Assembly: GCF_018350175.1 (NCBI RefSeq)
Contig: NC_058368.1
Span: forward strand, 111,168,001 to 111,232,000
Length of the DNA stretch: 64,000 nt
DNA from: Felis catus
Taxonomy: Eukaryota
Reading direction: 5' to 3'
The position numbers and the translations under genes were made by a program. This document shows, piece by piece, positions 50,401-64,000 of the stretch. The notes under the pieces are model-generated. The model was not told the DNA's origin. It saw nothing but the letters and a program-made list of their open reading frames with translations, and did not search any database. Positions within the stretch are counted from its first letter, which is position 1, and the number at the start of each line of letters is the position of its first letter.

Positions 50401-53400
50401 GCCTGCTTCAGATTCTGTGTCTCCCTCTCTCTGTTTGCCCCTCCTCCACCCATGCTCTGTCTCTGTCTTTGTCTTTGTGTCTGTCTCTGTCTCTCTCAAA
50501 AATAAACATTAAAACAATTTTTAAAAAGATTTTTTTTTTTTTTTTTTTAAGTAATGTCTGTATCCAGTGTGAGGCTTGAACTCACAACCCTGAGATCAGG
50601 GGTTACATACTCCATGGACTAAGGCAGACAGGTGCTCCTCATGACTCCTACTTTTTTTGTTTTTAATGTTTATTTTTGAGAGAGACAGCACTAGCTGGGG
50701 AGGTGTGGGGGGTACGGGGGTAGACAGGATTCAAAGCAGGCTCCATGCTGACAGCAGCAAGCCCTATGTGGAGCTCGAACTCAGGAACTGTGAGATCATG
50801 GACGCTCAACCGACTGAGCCACCCAGGCACCCCCACTTTTTTTTTAGTTAGTTAGTTAGTTAGTTAGTTTGTTTATTTATTTATTTATTTGTTTATTTGT
50901 TTATTTATTTATTTATTTAGAGAGTGCATGTGCACGCGTGCAAGCTGGGGAAGAGGAGAGAGATGGGGGAGAGAATCCCAAGCAGGCTCTGCACTGTCAG
51001 CTTGAAACCGGATGTGGGGCTCTAACTCACAAACTGAGATCACGACCTGAGCCAAAACCAAGAGTCCAACGCTTAACTGACCATGCACTTAGGCACCCCT
51101 GACTCCCACTTTTAATTAGCAGTTTAATTGACTATTTGGGTCAGCTTGCTAAGGCAAGCAAGTTTTATTAATTTTATGCAGTTTTATTAATTTTATGTGT
51201 TGCAATATTTATGTAATAATCACTTTTTCCCTTGTAGATTAAAGGTGAGAAGGATATTTGCCCTTCTCTGTCCCAACCAGATTTTCCTGTTGTACTGTTA
51301 TTTTATAAAATAACATCTGTCTGCCTGCTAGACTGTAAATCCTGTGATAACAAGGATATTTATCTGCTTTTGCACATCATCCTTTCTCTAGCTCTCCACA
51401 TGGTGTCTAGCATATTAGAAATTAACCAGTTTTATTGAATGAAAGTTTTAGAATTGGGTATTTTGCAATTTAAGTCACTAAATCCGTATTCACTTAGTAT
51501 AAGATTAGAGCTTAATTCCAACTCCTTTTCTGGTGAATTTTTCCATGGATTTTTTTTTTTTTTTTTACAACATTAGCAGTTAAAATAATAGAATTTTGCT
51601 GGGGCGGGGCTGGTATTGTTTGGTCATCAATTTAAATGCTAAGACTTGTGCTCCTATCTCTATTGTAGGCATGATGGAAATGTAGATGTTTTTTAGTTTC
51701 ACAATGATGTCAACCATGTTTATGCCTGTGTACTTGACATAAGAAGTCTTTAGTCCTGATTAAACTATGCTATGAGTAAAATTGGTATGTGGTCTGTAGC
51801 AATGATTGTTGTGGCCCTTTCATGTTTTCAGTGGGGGGCAGTAACTTTGGACTTCCATAAAGTCTTTGTATATGTCTATGAAAACTTAAGGTGTTCAGCT
51901 GCTTGTTTGTCTCTGCTGATGGACTGGAAGTTCCTGAAAGACAATTGTAACCATAAGAATTAACATTTATTGTTTACTTACTCCATGCCCAGTGCTAGGT
52001 TGCATTATCTGCATCATCTCATTTAATCCTCACAACAGCCCTATGGAGTAAGAACTGTTATGTACTGACGAGGAAACTGTAATGAGTGGGCAAGGAACTA
52101 GTTCAAAGTCACACAGATAATAAATTGTGGATCCTAGCTTCAAACCTAGGAGGTCTCATTTAAACACTGTTACTGAGTTTATCTGGTTTGTTATCTCTGA
52201 ATCCCAGGACCTAGCATCTTAAATTAGATTCTCAATCAAGGATCAGAACATTTTCTTGTATTTCTTTGTGTAGGTGGATGCATATAATTGTAGTAAGTAT
52301 TTGCTGATATTTTTTAAACCTTCCACCTAGTTTATTTTCTTTTGGATTATAATTAATATATGACCTGACCCTTACTTTTGTTAGTATATAGTCAATTTCT
52401 TTGACGATTTCAGCATCACATTTCATAAATGTCTTCTAGATCCTGAAATTGAGCCTCCCCCCGCTTAAATTCCTTGCATTTGCTTTTCTCTTTCCATTGT
52501 TTCCTTAAAGCCCTTATTTTTAGTGACTGACCCACAAGTTGTATTCATTCAGTGGCATCCATTTGTTGCACTTGTAGTTTCAGTTAGTCAGCTCTTTAAG
52601 TGATCAGAATATATATATATATATATATATATGTTTTTCAACGTTTATTTATTTTTTGGGACAGAGAGAGACAGAGCATGAACGGGGGAGGGGCAGAGAG
52701 AGAGGGAGACACAGAATCGGAAACAGGCTCCAGGCTCTGAGCCATCAGCCCAGAGCCTGACGCGGGGCTCGAACTCTCGGACCGCGAGATCGTGACCTGG
52801 CTGAAGTCGGACGCTTAACCGACTGCGCCACCCAGGCGCCCCGATCAGAATATATTTTGATGTGTGGGGTGATGTGATGAATCAAAAAAATTTTCCTAGT
52901 ACTTAATTTGCCCTTCAAACCTGTTGTATTTAAAAGCATATACACCTGGGACACCTGGGTGGCTCATTTAGTTAAGCATTTGACTCTTGATTATGGCTCG
53001 GGTCGTGATATCACTATTCGTGAGTTCAAGCCCTGCATCAAACTCTGTGCTGACAGGGCCGAGACTGCTTGTGATTCTCTGTTCCTCCCCCTGCTTGTGC
53101 ACTCTCTTTCTCAAAATAGATAAATATAGTCTAAAAAAAAAAAACCACATACACACAAAAAAGGAACTTTTCAAGGTTTAAGAAATGTATTGCTATCTAA
53201 AATGTGATTCTTTAAATGATTTTTAAAATTTAGTTTTATTTTTTGTTTAATTTTTTTTTTAACATAGAGAGAGAGAGAGCAAGAGAGAGACAGTGTGAGT
53301 GGGGGAGAGGCAGAGAGAGAGGGAGACACAGAATCCAAAGCTATCAGCACAGAGCCCAATGTGGGGCTTGAACCCACGAACCATGAGATCATGACCTGAG

Positions 53401-55580
53401 CCGAAGTCAGACGCTTAACCGACTGAGCCACTCAGACACCCCCTCTTTTTTTTAATTTTAGAGATGCAAGTGAGAGTGAGTGCCGGAGCGGGACACAGAG
53501 AGAGAGGGAGAGAGAATGAGAATCTTAAGGCTCCATGCTCAGTACAGAGCCCAAGGCAGGGCTCAATCCCACGATCCTGGGATCATGACCTGAGCTGAAA
53601 TCAGGAGCTGGATGCTCAATTGACTGAGCTATTCAGGCCCTGCTAAAATGTGATATTTTTGAATACTTGGTTACTTTTCTCTTTTTTTTATACTTACATG
53701 AAATAATTTGAATTGGTCATTAAGTTGGATTCATGTATGATAGGTGGAAAGTATAAACTGTCCTTGGTAAATATTAGCTCCATATGTATTTACTAAATGG
53801 ATTAATGAATGAATTGCTTAAGAATACAAAGATCATAAGTCTTTTTCTTACCTGAAATTTGAGGGGAAACCATGCCAGACTACATCTCTTCCTTTTACTA
53901 TTAAATTTGCATGAAAGGGGTAGTTTATTCAGTGTGCTTTTGTGACTGTTGAGTAGGCTTTCTTGAAGAAACTTTTAAAATTATAATTTGCTTAGCATTC
54001 ATTGGGATAGTATGCAGAAGTATCTCAGTTTTTGCATGCTAGATTTCACGAATAATCATGTATCAATAATTTTTCAAATCAGTGGTTTTTAAACTTTATA
54101 AAGTTTCATTCTGAAGTACCTGAGAACCATGACTACATGGAATTTTTACTAATGCAGATTCTGGGATCCCATTGAGTACACTAGGAATTTATAAAGGTGG
54201 AACCTATGATCACTTTGATTCTGAAGCCGCTGTTTGGGTAATTGAGAAGTGGTCATTTGCTTTCATTTTATTCTTTTTTTTTTTTTTAACATTTATTCAT
54301 TTTTGAGAGTGAGAGAGACAGAGCATGAGTGGGGGAGGGACAGAGAGAGAGGGAGACACAGAATCCGAAACAGGCTTCAGGCTCTGAAATGTCACCACAG
54401 AGCCCGACACGGGGCTCGAACTCACGGACCGCGAGATCATAACCTGAGCCGAAGTTGGATGCTTAACCAACTGAGCCACCCAGGCACCCCATGGAACTTT
54501 TGATATCATGGAGAAGAGTTTCCCCAAAAGTAACTGACAGTGTTTTTACACTTATCAAAACTTAGTGTCCTGATAGAAAACTGGTAAAATCAAGGCAGGG
54601 AGATACTGGGAGATGGAAGAACAAATACCATGTTATTCTTAGTTTTGTTTGATGAGTACTTTTTTCTTTTTTTTTAATGTTTTTATTTATTTTTGAGATA
54701 GAGACAGAGCCTGAGTGGGGGAGGGACAGAGAGAGGAGACACAGAATCTGAAGCAGGCTTCAGGCTCCAAGCTGTCAGCACAGGGCCTGATGTGGGGCTC
54801 GAACCCATGGACTGCAAGATCATGACCTGAGCTGAAGCTGGACGCTTAACCGACTGAGCCACCCAGGCGCCCCTCATCTGCTTTTGTTTTAATCTCTTGT
54901 TTGGTTCTTTGCCTATTTACCCTCTCTGAATTTGGCTTCTACTTCCACACACATCCCAAAACAACCCTAAACAAGGCCCCAAAGGACTTTTTGGTTACTA
55001 AGTACAAAAAATGTCTTTTCAATTCTCATTGTATTTTTCAAGCAGCAACTGATAACCTTTACCACTACTTGTTTTCATTTCAGACCCTTCTGGTTTGTTT
55101 GCTACTTTTTTAACAGTAATATTCTCAGTATTTCCACCTTTTTTGATTGCCTTTTCCTTCGGTCTCTCTTTTTTTTTTTTTTTTTTTAATTTTTTAAGTT
55201 TACATATTTTGAGAGAGAGAAAGCACACGTGTGAGTGGGGAGGGGCAGAGAGAGAGGAGAGAGAATGCAAAGTAGGCTCCGTGCTGTCAGCGAGTTGTTG
55301 AGGGGCTCATCTCAAGAACCATGAGAGCATGATCTGAGCTAAAATCAGGAGTCAGATGCCTAACCACCTGAACCACTCAGGTGCCCCTCTTCTCTTTCTT
55401 AAATGTTGGTGTTCCTCAGGGTTCTGACCTGGTTCTCTTCTTTTTCTTTCTTGCTTTTTAAAAATATATAACAATAAGGGTGGCTGGGTGACTCAGTACA
55501 GCATGTGACTTTTGATCTCAGAGTTTTGAGTTTGAGCCCTACATTCACTGTAGAGATTATGCTAAAAAAGTAAATAAATG
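47485..55580. mobile_element. About 16 SINECs, mostly antisense, plus MIR/L1/L2 relics in SEC24A intron 1
   Basis: Repeated SINEC heads and tails at ~47.5, 49.1, 49.6-51.1, 52.6-53.6, 54.3, 54.7, 55.2 and 55.5 kb. Confidence 0.85.
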
Positions 55581-55825
55581 AACTTAAAGTCTTCAAGAAA
55601 ATAACAAATATTATTTCACATAATTTCTGTGGCGGGGTTTCTTCTTTCCCTACTCTATATATACTGTCTGGATATCATTAATTCCCGTGGTATCAAATGT
55701 TATGCGTATGCCAGTGATTACCAAAGTTATATCATAGGCTGAAACCCATCTCTTTGGCTGCAAATAGCTGTCTTTCTGTTGTACCTCTGTACTTGGATTT
55801 CTTGGTACCAACTGAAAGTATGTTT

Positions 55826-56475
55826 TTATTTATTTATTATTATTTTTTTTTAATTTTATTTTTTAAAAATTTATATCCAAATTAGTTAGCATATAGTGCA
55901 ACAATGATTTCATGGATTTCATGGATTATGTCCCTTACCCATTTAGCCCATCCCCCATCCCAACCCCCTCCAGTAACCCTCTGTTTGTTCTCCATATTTA
56001 AGAGTCTCTTATGCTTTGTCCCCCTCCCTGTTTTTATATTATTTTTGTTTCCCTTTCCTTGTGTTCACTTGTTTTGTCTTTGAAAGTGCTCATATGAGTG
56101 AAGTCATATGACATTTGTCTTTCTCTGACTAATTTCACTTAGCATAATACCCTCCAGTTCCATTCACGTAGTCGCAAATGGCAAGATTTCATTCCTTTTT
56201 ATTGCTGAGTAATACCCCATTGTATAGATATACCACATCTTCTTTATCCGTTCAGCCACCAGTGGACATTTGGGGTTCTTTCCATACTTTGGCTATTGTT
56301 GATAGTGCTGCTATAAACATTGGGGTGCATGTGTCCCTTCTAAACAGCACACCTGTATCCCTTGGATAAATACCTAGTAGTGCAATTGCTGGGTCATAGG
56401 GTAGTTCTATTTTTAATTTTTTGAGGAACCTCCATATTGTTTTCCAGAGTGGCTGCATCAGCTTGCATTCTCAGC
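55826..56475 (-). mobile_element. 5'-truncated carnivore L1 (ORF2 C-terminus + 3' UTR + tail)
   Basis: ORF 56252..56458 [31 protein letters not shown] is L1 ORF2p C-terminal sequence; TSD aagtatgttt (55816-55825 / 56476-56485). Confidence 0.95.
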
Positions 56476-57266
56476 AAGTATGTTTAATTTTCCAGCCCCT
56501 CTTCCTTTTGCTATTCTCTGCCTTCTCCAATTCTTTTCTTCTCCTTCTATCCAGTGAATGGCACTATCATCCACTGAGTTGTTCAGGTTAGAATCTGGAA
56601 AGTTAACCTTGATTGCTTCCCCTTTTCAGTTCACATCAGTTCACATATTCAGTTCCACGTCAAATCCTATCAGTTCTATTTCTTCAGTTTTTTAAAACTT
56701 AAGTAATGTACAGGTATTAAATATTTCTTTGCAACCCCAATGTTAAATTATTTTTTATAAAATGTATATGCAAACACAAAACTAGCCATAAATTTCATAT
56801 GTTAATAGCTGGAGTGCAATGTAAAACCTAAACAAATTAAAATAAAAACATCTACAAAAGCAGTACAGTTCAAAGTCAAAACATTAAGTAATGTGATGGG
56901 TTATGTTTGACTGAAGCCAAAATTGATTGGATTGTTTTTATTTTGAACATGTTGGAACATCATTTGCATGATTATCATAGTCACTGTTTTTCTTTTTCTT
57001 TTCTTTCATTTACTTTTTGTTTTTTAATGTTTTTAAGGTTTATTTATTTTTGAGAGAGAGAGAGCACGAGTGGGGAAGGGGCAGAGAGAGAGGGAGACAC
57101 AATCCGAAGCAAGGTCCAGGCTTTGAGCTGTGAGCCCAGAGCCCCATGCACGGTTCTAACCCACAAACCATGAGATCATGACCTGAGCTGAAGTCAGATG
57201 CTTAACTGACTGAGCCACCCAGGCACCCCTGTTTTTTCTTTTTAAAGATGAGACTTATTTTCACTT

Positions 57267-58400
57267 GTCAGTGAGGAAGAATTTTCTTTCTACCCTGTTA
57301 GTTTTGGTGTTTGGGGGCCTGTGAATTAAAGTGGCAAGAGACAGATCAACAAGAGAAGAGACATAATTTTCATATGTATCATGAGAGTTTACAAAAATGT
57401 GACTCAAGGAGGCAAATAAATAGACTTTAGGACTTATGTATCATCTTCAATGTTTATTTATTTTGGGGACAGAGAGAGACAGAGCATGAATGGGGGAGGG
57501 GCAGAGAGAGAGGGAGACACAGAGTCGGAAACAGGCTCCAGGCTCTGAGCCATCAGCCCAGAGCCTGACGCGGGGCTCGAACTCACGGACCGCGAGATCA
57601 TGACCTGGCTGAAGTCGGACGCTTAACCGACTGCGCCACCCAGGCGCCCCAGGACTTATGTATCATCTTAATAGGGGAAGGGGAGAGAGAGAAGGGTGCT
57701 TATGGGAAAACAAATGATTTTAGGAAAGATAAATGGGACCTTAGTAGAATACATGGGAAATTTGGTAGTTCTGTGACAATGTATGTTTAGGTGTGGTGTG
57801 GAGACTTCTCATCACGTGATAAGAGTCCATCATTTCTGGTTTTTCCTGGATTGGAGATTTATGATAATTGAATTCTTTGGAGTTCTTTTGGGAGACTCTA
57901 CATTTAGGTGAATAAGAGATTTCAGGAAGGGGCGCCTGGGTGGCTCACTCGGTTCAACATCCAGCTTTGGCTCAGGTCATGATCTCGCCGCAGGTTCCAG
58001 TCTTGAGTCCGGCTCTCTGCTGTCAGCACAGAGCCCAGTTCAGAATCTCTGTCTCCCTCTCTCTCTGCCCCTTCCTCATTCATATTCTGTCTTTCTCAAA
58101 AATAAGCAAACATTGGGGCACCTGGGTGACTCGGTTGAGCATCTGACTTCAGGTCATGATTTCGGAGTTTGTGGGTTTAAGCCCTGTGTCAGGTTTTGTG
58201 CTGACAGTATAGAGCCTGGAGTCTGCTTTGGATTCTGTGTCTCCTTCTCTCTGTGCCCCTCCCCCACTTGTGCTCTTTCTCTGAAAACTAAAACAAATAT
58301 TAAAAAAAAATTTTAAAAACATTAAAAAAAAGATTTCAGTAACTCATGCCCTCTGCTCAAAATAACTTGTATGCCACAGTGGGGTGTTCTGGACCCATTT
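57267..58400. mobile_element. Probable ERV LTR interrupted by three SINECs (57450-57650 -, 57929-58110 +, 58115-58320 +)
   Basis: Colinear LTR-like sequence resumes after each SINE; TSD ggacttatgtatcatctt around the first SINE. Confidence 0.55.
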
Positions 58401-60319
58401 ATAATCCCTAATCTATTATTTTGATGGGTTACTTAGTTTATTAATGACTTCAGAATTAAAATATTAAAATCCTTTTTTTTTTTAATTGAGGAGAGGGCAC
58501 AAGTGAGCATGGATGGAGAGAGAATCTCATGAGAGGCAGAGAGAGAAGTGGGGCTCACCTTAAGTGGGCAGGAGCTCACTCGATGCGGGACTTGAACTCA
58601 CTAACCCGTGAGATCATGACCTGAGTCGAAGTCAGATGCTTAACTGGCTTAAATCCTTTTAAGTAAGCTCTAGGCCCAGAGCGGGGCTTGAACTCACGAC
58701 CCCAAGATCAAAAGTCACATGCTCTTCTAACTGAGCCACCCAGGCCCCCTTTATTTTGTGCATTTTGATGATGCATGGCTTTTACTTGCCTTAAAGGCCT
58801 TTCAACATTAGCCGATGATAAAACAGTAAATAAAAATATGAAGTGGGCCATGAAATCTTGTGATAAGACTAGGCTGTGAGATGTCTGTTTCTATTCGCAT
58901 GACCCACAATGTGCTTATGAATTAACTTTTTACAAATGTTTTTATTGAGTCAAACATCTCTGTATTCCCACTGCTGCTGTTTAGTCAATCATTTCTTGCC
59001 TGGACTACAGCTGTAGACTCCTTTCAATCTCTTATTTCTCCTCTAATCTCCAAGAGGTTCTTTTATGTGCAAATTTATACTGTCCCACTGGTAGCCTTTC
59101 CAAAGCTTCCCATTGCCTTTAGGCTCAAATCCAAACTCTTTGAGGGTGTAGTTTAAACTCCTGTTTCACTTTAGACATTTGACTCAGTCACTTGACTTTT
59201 GTTCTGGCAGACTGAACTTCTTTCACAATGCCCTTTCATGACCACAGGCTGTTACACATGTTGCTCCCTTTTCTGGAAACACTATTTTCTAAAAATTATT
59301 TTATTTATTTATTTACTTAGTTGATTAATTATTGAGAAGGCGGGGGGCGGGGAGGAGTGCACGAGAGGGGCAGGGAGAGGGAGAGAGAAAGAATCCTTAG
59401 CAGGCTCTGCAGTGTCAGCGCAGAGCCTGACATAGAGCTCAAACTCATGAACCATGAGATCATGACCTGAGTCAAAGTTGGATACTTAACCTACTGAGCC
59501 ACCCAGGAGTCCCTCTGGAAACACTCTTGGCACTCCTTTTCCTGGAACTAACTTCGATGATCTCTTAAGATCTTAGCTGAGGGGCGCCCGGGTGGCTCAG
59601 TTGGTTAAGCGTCCGACTAAGACTCAGGTCATGATCTCGCAGTTTGTGAGTTCAAGCCCTGCATCGGGCTCTGTGCTGACAGCTCAGAGTCTGGAGCCTG
59701 CTTTGTATTCTGTGTCTCCTCTGTGCTCCTCCCATGCTCATGCTCTCTCTCTGTCTCTCAATAATAAATAAATGTTAAAAAAAAAAATTAAAAAAAAAAA
59801 AGATCTTAGCTGAAACTTGTCTTCCTCAGGAAACCATCTTTGTTACCTTTCTGCCTTCATTTTAGTCCAAGTGCTGCTTCCTTGTGCTCTCATAGTGTCC
59901 TGAAGTTGCCACTATCACATCATTTTCTGTTGCCCTTGCCTGGTTCTTTGTCTTCCAATGTGGATGGTGAGCTACTTGAGGGCAGGGTTGGAGTGGACCT
60001 TACCTTTGTTTCCTCCAAAGATATTTGGTAAAATATGTCTTTTCAATGAGAGAATTAATAGAATATTGTTAACCATTTGACATAAAATGAGTAATTAGCC
60101 TAAGTATAGCATCAGTCTTTAAATGAAAGACTAGAAAAACAAGATTAGTTTAGATGAAACTATTTGGTTTATTGGTAACAGACTTAAGGTGAGTGCTGCA
60201 GCATTAAGGACACAAATACATGTTTCTTAAATGAAAAGAGCCAGCATTTATTTTATACTAATTGTATGAGAAACATCATAAATGTTTCATAGAAATCTCA
60301 TTCTTACATCGTATTAAAT

Positions 60320-60744
60320 TTTATTGTTGCTGTAACATTACCACAAATTTGGTGGCTTAAAACAACACAAAATTGTCATAGTTGTGAAGGTCACAAACCT
60401 GAAGTAGTACATCAGGGCTGCATTCCTTATCAGAAAATGTTTTGTCTTTTCCAACTTCTGGAGGTTGTCCTTGATCCTTGACTCATGCCCCCTACCATCT
60501 TTAAAGCCACTGATGCCCTGTCAAGTCTTTCTCCATATAGTGACCCTGACTCCTGCCTTCCTCTTTCACCCTTGTGATTACATTGGGGCCACCCAAATAG
60601 TCTAAAATAATCTTCCTATCTCAAGGTCACTTGATTAGCAGCCTTAATTCTTTTCTTTTCTTTAAAGTTTATTTATTTATTTTGAGAGAGATACGGGAAG
60701 CACATGAGCAGGGCGGGGGACAGAGAGGGAGGGAGGGAGGGAGG

Positions 60745-60798
<54 letters not shown>

Positions 60799-61040
60799 CC
60801 CAAGCAGTCTCCACACTGTCAGCATAGAGCCAGATGCCGGGTTCAAACTCATGAACCATGAGATCGTGATGACCTGAGGTAAAACCCAGAGTCTGATGCT
60901 TCACCAGCTGAGCCACCCAGCTGCTGCTTAGCAACCTTAATTCTGTCTCCTATCTTAAATTGTTTTTTGGCATGTAACCTATTTACACATCCTAGGGATT
61001 ATGATATAAACATATTTGGGGGGTCATTTTTCTTCCTACT
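60320..61040. mobile_element. MaLR (MLT1-like) LTR interrupted by a SINEC (60660-60925)
   Basis: ttgctgtaaca..ccacaaa..ggtggcttaaaacaac; cttgtgattacattggg; TSD ttagca.ccttaattct. Confidence 0.8.
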
Positions 61041-62964
61041 ATACACATGAATGCTATAATTTAGCTGCTTTTACTCTTCCTGTTTTATAGATGAGGAAAG
61101 TAAGTCTAGAAAGGTTAAATAAATATCTTGCTCAAGGACACTTAGTAAAAGTCAAGGCCAGAATTTACTCTTGGACATTTTTTCCCAGTTTGTGCTCTTA
61201 ATTACTACTTTATAATGCCTCTTTCCATATACATTTCATATAGAGTGACCTTGTACTATCAGGAAGTTGATTGTATAGGAGTTATAACATTTTTTTAGAT
61301 AGTTTTTTATATCTTAGAGATTGAATATGCACTACACTGGAGTTAGACTATATAGAAAATGACTAGGGCTTCAGTGAACTGTGTGGACTTTTGGTGTGAT
61401 TTGGGACAGGTTACTTTGCTGCTCTTAGCCCGAAGTTTTTCAGGGTACCAGAATCTTGAGAGTCCTTTGGAATATGCACGTTCTAAAATAAATAACTTTT
61501 ATTTATTTAATTATTTGAGGTGGGGGAGAGGCAGGCAGAGAGAGAGAGAATCCTAAGCAGGCTCTATGCTCAGTGCGGAGCCCAATGTGGGACTTGATCC
61601 CAGGACCCTGGGATCATGAACAGAGCTGAAATCAAGAGTCAGACATTCAGCTGAACTGAGCCACTCAGGTGCCCCCTAAAATAAATAGTTAAAAAGGAGG
61701 GGCTGGCTCAGTCTGGAGAACATGTGACTCTTGATCTCAGGATCATGAGTTCCAGCCCCACGTTGGGTGTAGAGATTACATAAGTAAGTAAGTAAGTAAA
61801 TAATTAAATACGTAAGTAAGTAAATATTTTTAAAATGGAATATGTACATTCTGTAATTCATTTATTAGTGTTTGATAAATCATGTATATATAAGCATAGT
61901 ATTCTTAGAAATCAAACTAGTTAATATCCCACAACATATTTCTCTGTTTTGATGTTTCAGAGATCAGCCAGAGATAAGTTGCTTATTTATACTTTTCACT
62001 CTTCCCTTACCTCATGTGTTGTTCAAGAAGCATTCAAGATGGCTATATAAATGGGTTCTATAAACGTTGAGGGGATAAAATTCAGGAAAATGAAACCTTT
62101 TAAAACCTGTGTAAATAATCAGATAAGTAACATATTTAGCTGCTTTTCATGAATATATTTAGCTTTCCCATTGGTGACTTCTCATTGGTGGTACCATTGA
62201 ACAGTGGCCTTTCCCCTATGGCCAATTTTTTTTTGTCTTATCTTAAAATGATTCCAGGCCTAAAAGGTCACCATTTGAATACTTTAAGTACTTTTCCATT
62301 GGATTACCATGGCATATGCACATTTATAAATCTGTTGCTTTCTTTGGGGTCTTAAGATAGAGATCAGTAAAAAAACAAAACAAAAACCCTAAATGTAAAT
62401 AGAAAGGTCCAGAAATTAACCAGAAATGTTCTTATTGGAGACAGTGCCCCTGATAAGAGCCAGGACTAAATGGATTGGTTTAACTGTTCCTTCTGGTCCC
62501 AGTGTTTTTGTTTCTTTTGTTTTGTTTTCTTATTTGGAAAGATGACTATGATTGGGATGGTTTTGGATTTTCTGATCTCCTAAATCCCCTACCTTGTAAT
62601 TTAGCAGTTAAGTAAAAGGGAACCAAATCACATATTTGAGTCAGAATGGTGCCATACTGTGCAGGGTGACAGATTTAGTTTTGTGTTCAAAGAAGTTAAG
62701 ATGATATTTTGATAATAAAACTTAATCTAATTGGTATCCTATGGTATGAAATGTCATATATATGCTTAAATATAAAGTGATCCTCCGAAAAGGCAATTCT
62801 CCATTTTCCCAATGAGAAAATTTTCCCCTCTTCATTTTTCTTCAACTCACTTTGAAGTATGAAATTCTAGGGGTATGTATGAAATAAACAAATGACTATT
62901 TGTGGTATTTGGTGTTTTATTTTATTAACATATGCATCTTTAAACTTTGTATTTAAAAAATATA

Positions 62965-63588
62965 CAGTAAAACCTTGGATTGCAAGTAACTTGTTCTGTG
63001 AGCGAGCGTTCCACAAGATGAGCAAACATTTCTGATAAATTGTAACTTGATAAACGAGTGATGTCTTGCAATACTAGTGGTACAAGACACCAAATGTCAC
63101 ATGATCACAACTGAGCCAATGGTTCCCCCTCTCTATCTCTCTTGCTGTGGGAGTGGATGATCATTGATGCAATGTCACATTTCCATAAAATTTTCAAAAG
63201 GAGGCAAAAGCAAATGTCATTGGATAGGTTCCTTGTTAAAGTTGCACGAAATGAAAAAGATTACATTGAATTACCAGTAGACAGCAGTGATTCCATTAGT
63301 GATAGTGAAAGTCATCCTACACAATAACCCTCCTCCTCTCTCTTGTCTCCCTCACACCAGCCACGAAGGTTTTCAAAGGTAAGTGCAGGTTAATTTGTTT
63401 ATTTTTCTTTATATTTTGAATTTATTATTTTGTATCATATTACAGTATTGTAATCATTTTTATGTGAATATTTTTGGGTTGTGGAACGATTCATGTGAGT
63501 TTCCATGATTTCTTATGAGGAAATTTGCTTTGATATACAAGTGCTTTGGATTACAAGCATGTTTCTGGAATGAATTATGGTTTTACTG
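62965..63588 (+). mobile_element. TcMar-Tigger-family internally deleted DNA transposon
   Basis: TIRs CAGTAAAACC...GGTTTTACTG with TA target duplication; remnant ORF 63142..63327 (KRRQKQMSLDRFL) resembles the Tigger/pogo transposase C-terminus. Confidence 0.85.
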
Positions 63589-63933
63589 TATATGTAAGGA
63601 GGGGCACCTGGGTGGCTCAGTGTGTTCAGCATCTGACTTTGGCTCAGGTCATGATTTCATGGTTCATGGATTCAAGCCCCATATTGGGACTCTGATCCTC
63701 TATCTCCCTCTCTCTCTGCCCCTCCCCCACTCTTGCACACATGTGCATGCGCACTCTCATAAATAAACATTAAAAAAAGATATATGTAAGGAAAAAATTT
63801 AAATACTATGTATTAGAAACATTCATTTTTTCCTTCTATACTTATGAAATCATTTTATTTAAAATCTTTAATGCACTTTTTTTAAAGGCTTTTTTTGTTT
63901 ATTTTAGAAAGAGAGCATGAGTGGGTGAGAGGA

Positions 63934-63966
<33 letters not shown>

Positions 63967-64000
63967 CTCAAGCATGCTCCCTGCTCAGCACGGAGCTCAA

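Noticed and set aside
2950..63780. tRNA genes and recurrent MAQSVK...SAQVMIS ORFs
   Set aside because: All are tRNA-derived carnivore SINE sequence, not tRNAs or proteins

Overview
Mammalian genomic DNA, most likely a felid: it is dense in carnivore tRNA-derived SINEs including young SINEC_Fc-type copies, and carries carnivore-type L1 3' ends. The complete SAR1B gene lies on the minus strand: a non-coding exon 1 in a CpG island at ~37.7 kb, six coding exons giving an intact 198-aa GTPase, and a 3' UTR with poly(A) signals ~0.5 kb and ~5 kb past the stop. The CpG-island promoter and first coding exon of SEC24A lie on the plus strand ~9 kb upstream in divergent orientation; SEC24A exon 2 was not found in the window. 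There is also a sequence-perfect, poly(A)-tailed U6 snRNA retrocopy, plus many SINE, L1, L2, MIR, LTR and DNA-transposon relics. The most intriguing unexplained structure is an orphan CpG-rich promoter at ~5.35-5.85 kb with a duplicated module, GC boxes, a TATA-like box and an Inr. It is followed by a chain of well-formed short exons and an AATAAA at 8251, which suggests a small spliced plus-strand transcription unit convergent with SAR1B. Repeat family names and repeat boundaries are recognised by eye and approximate; no database searches were run.
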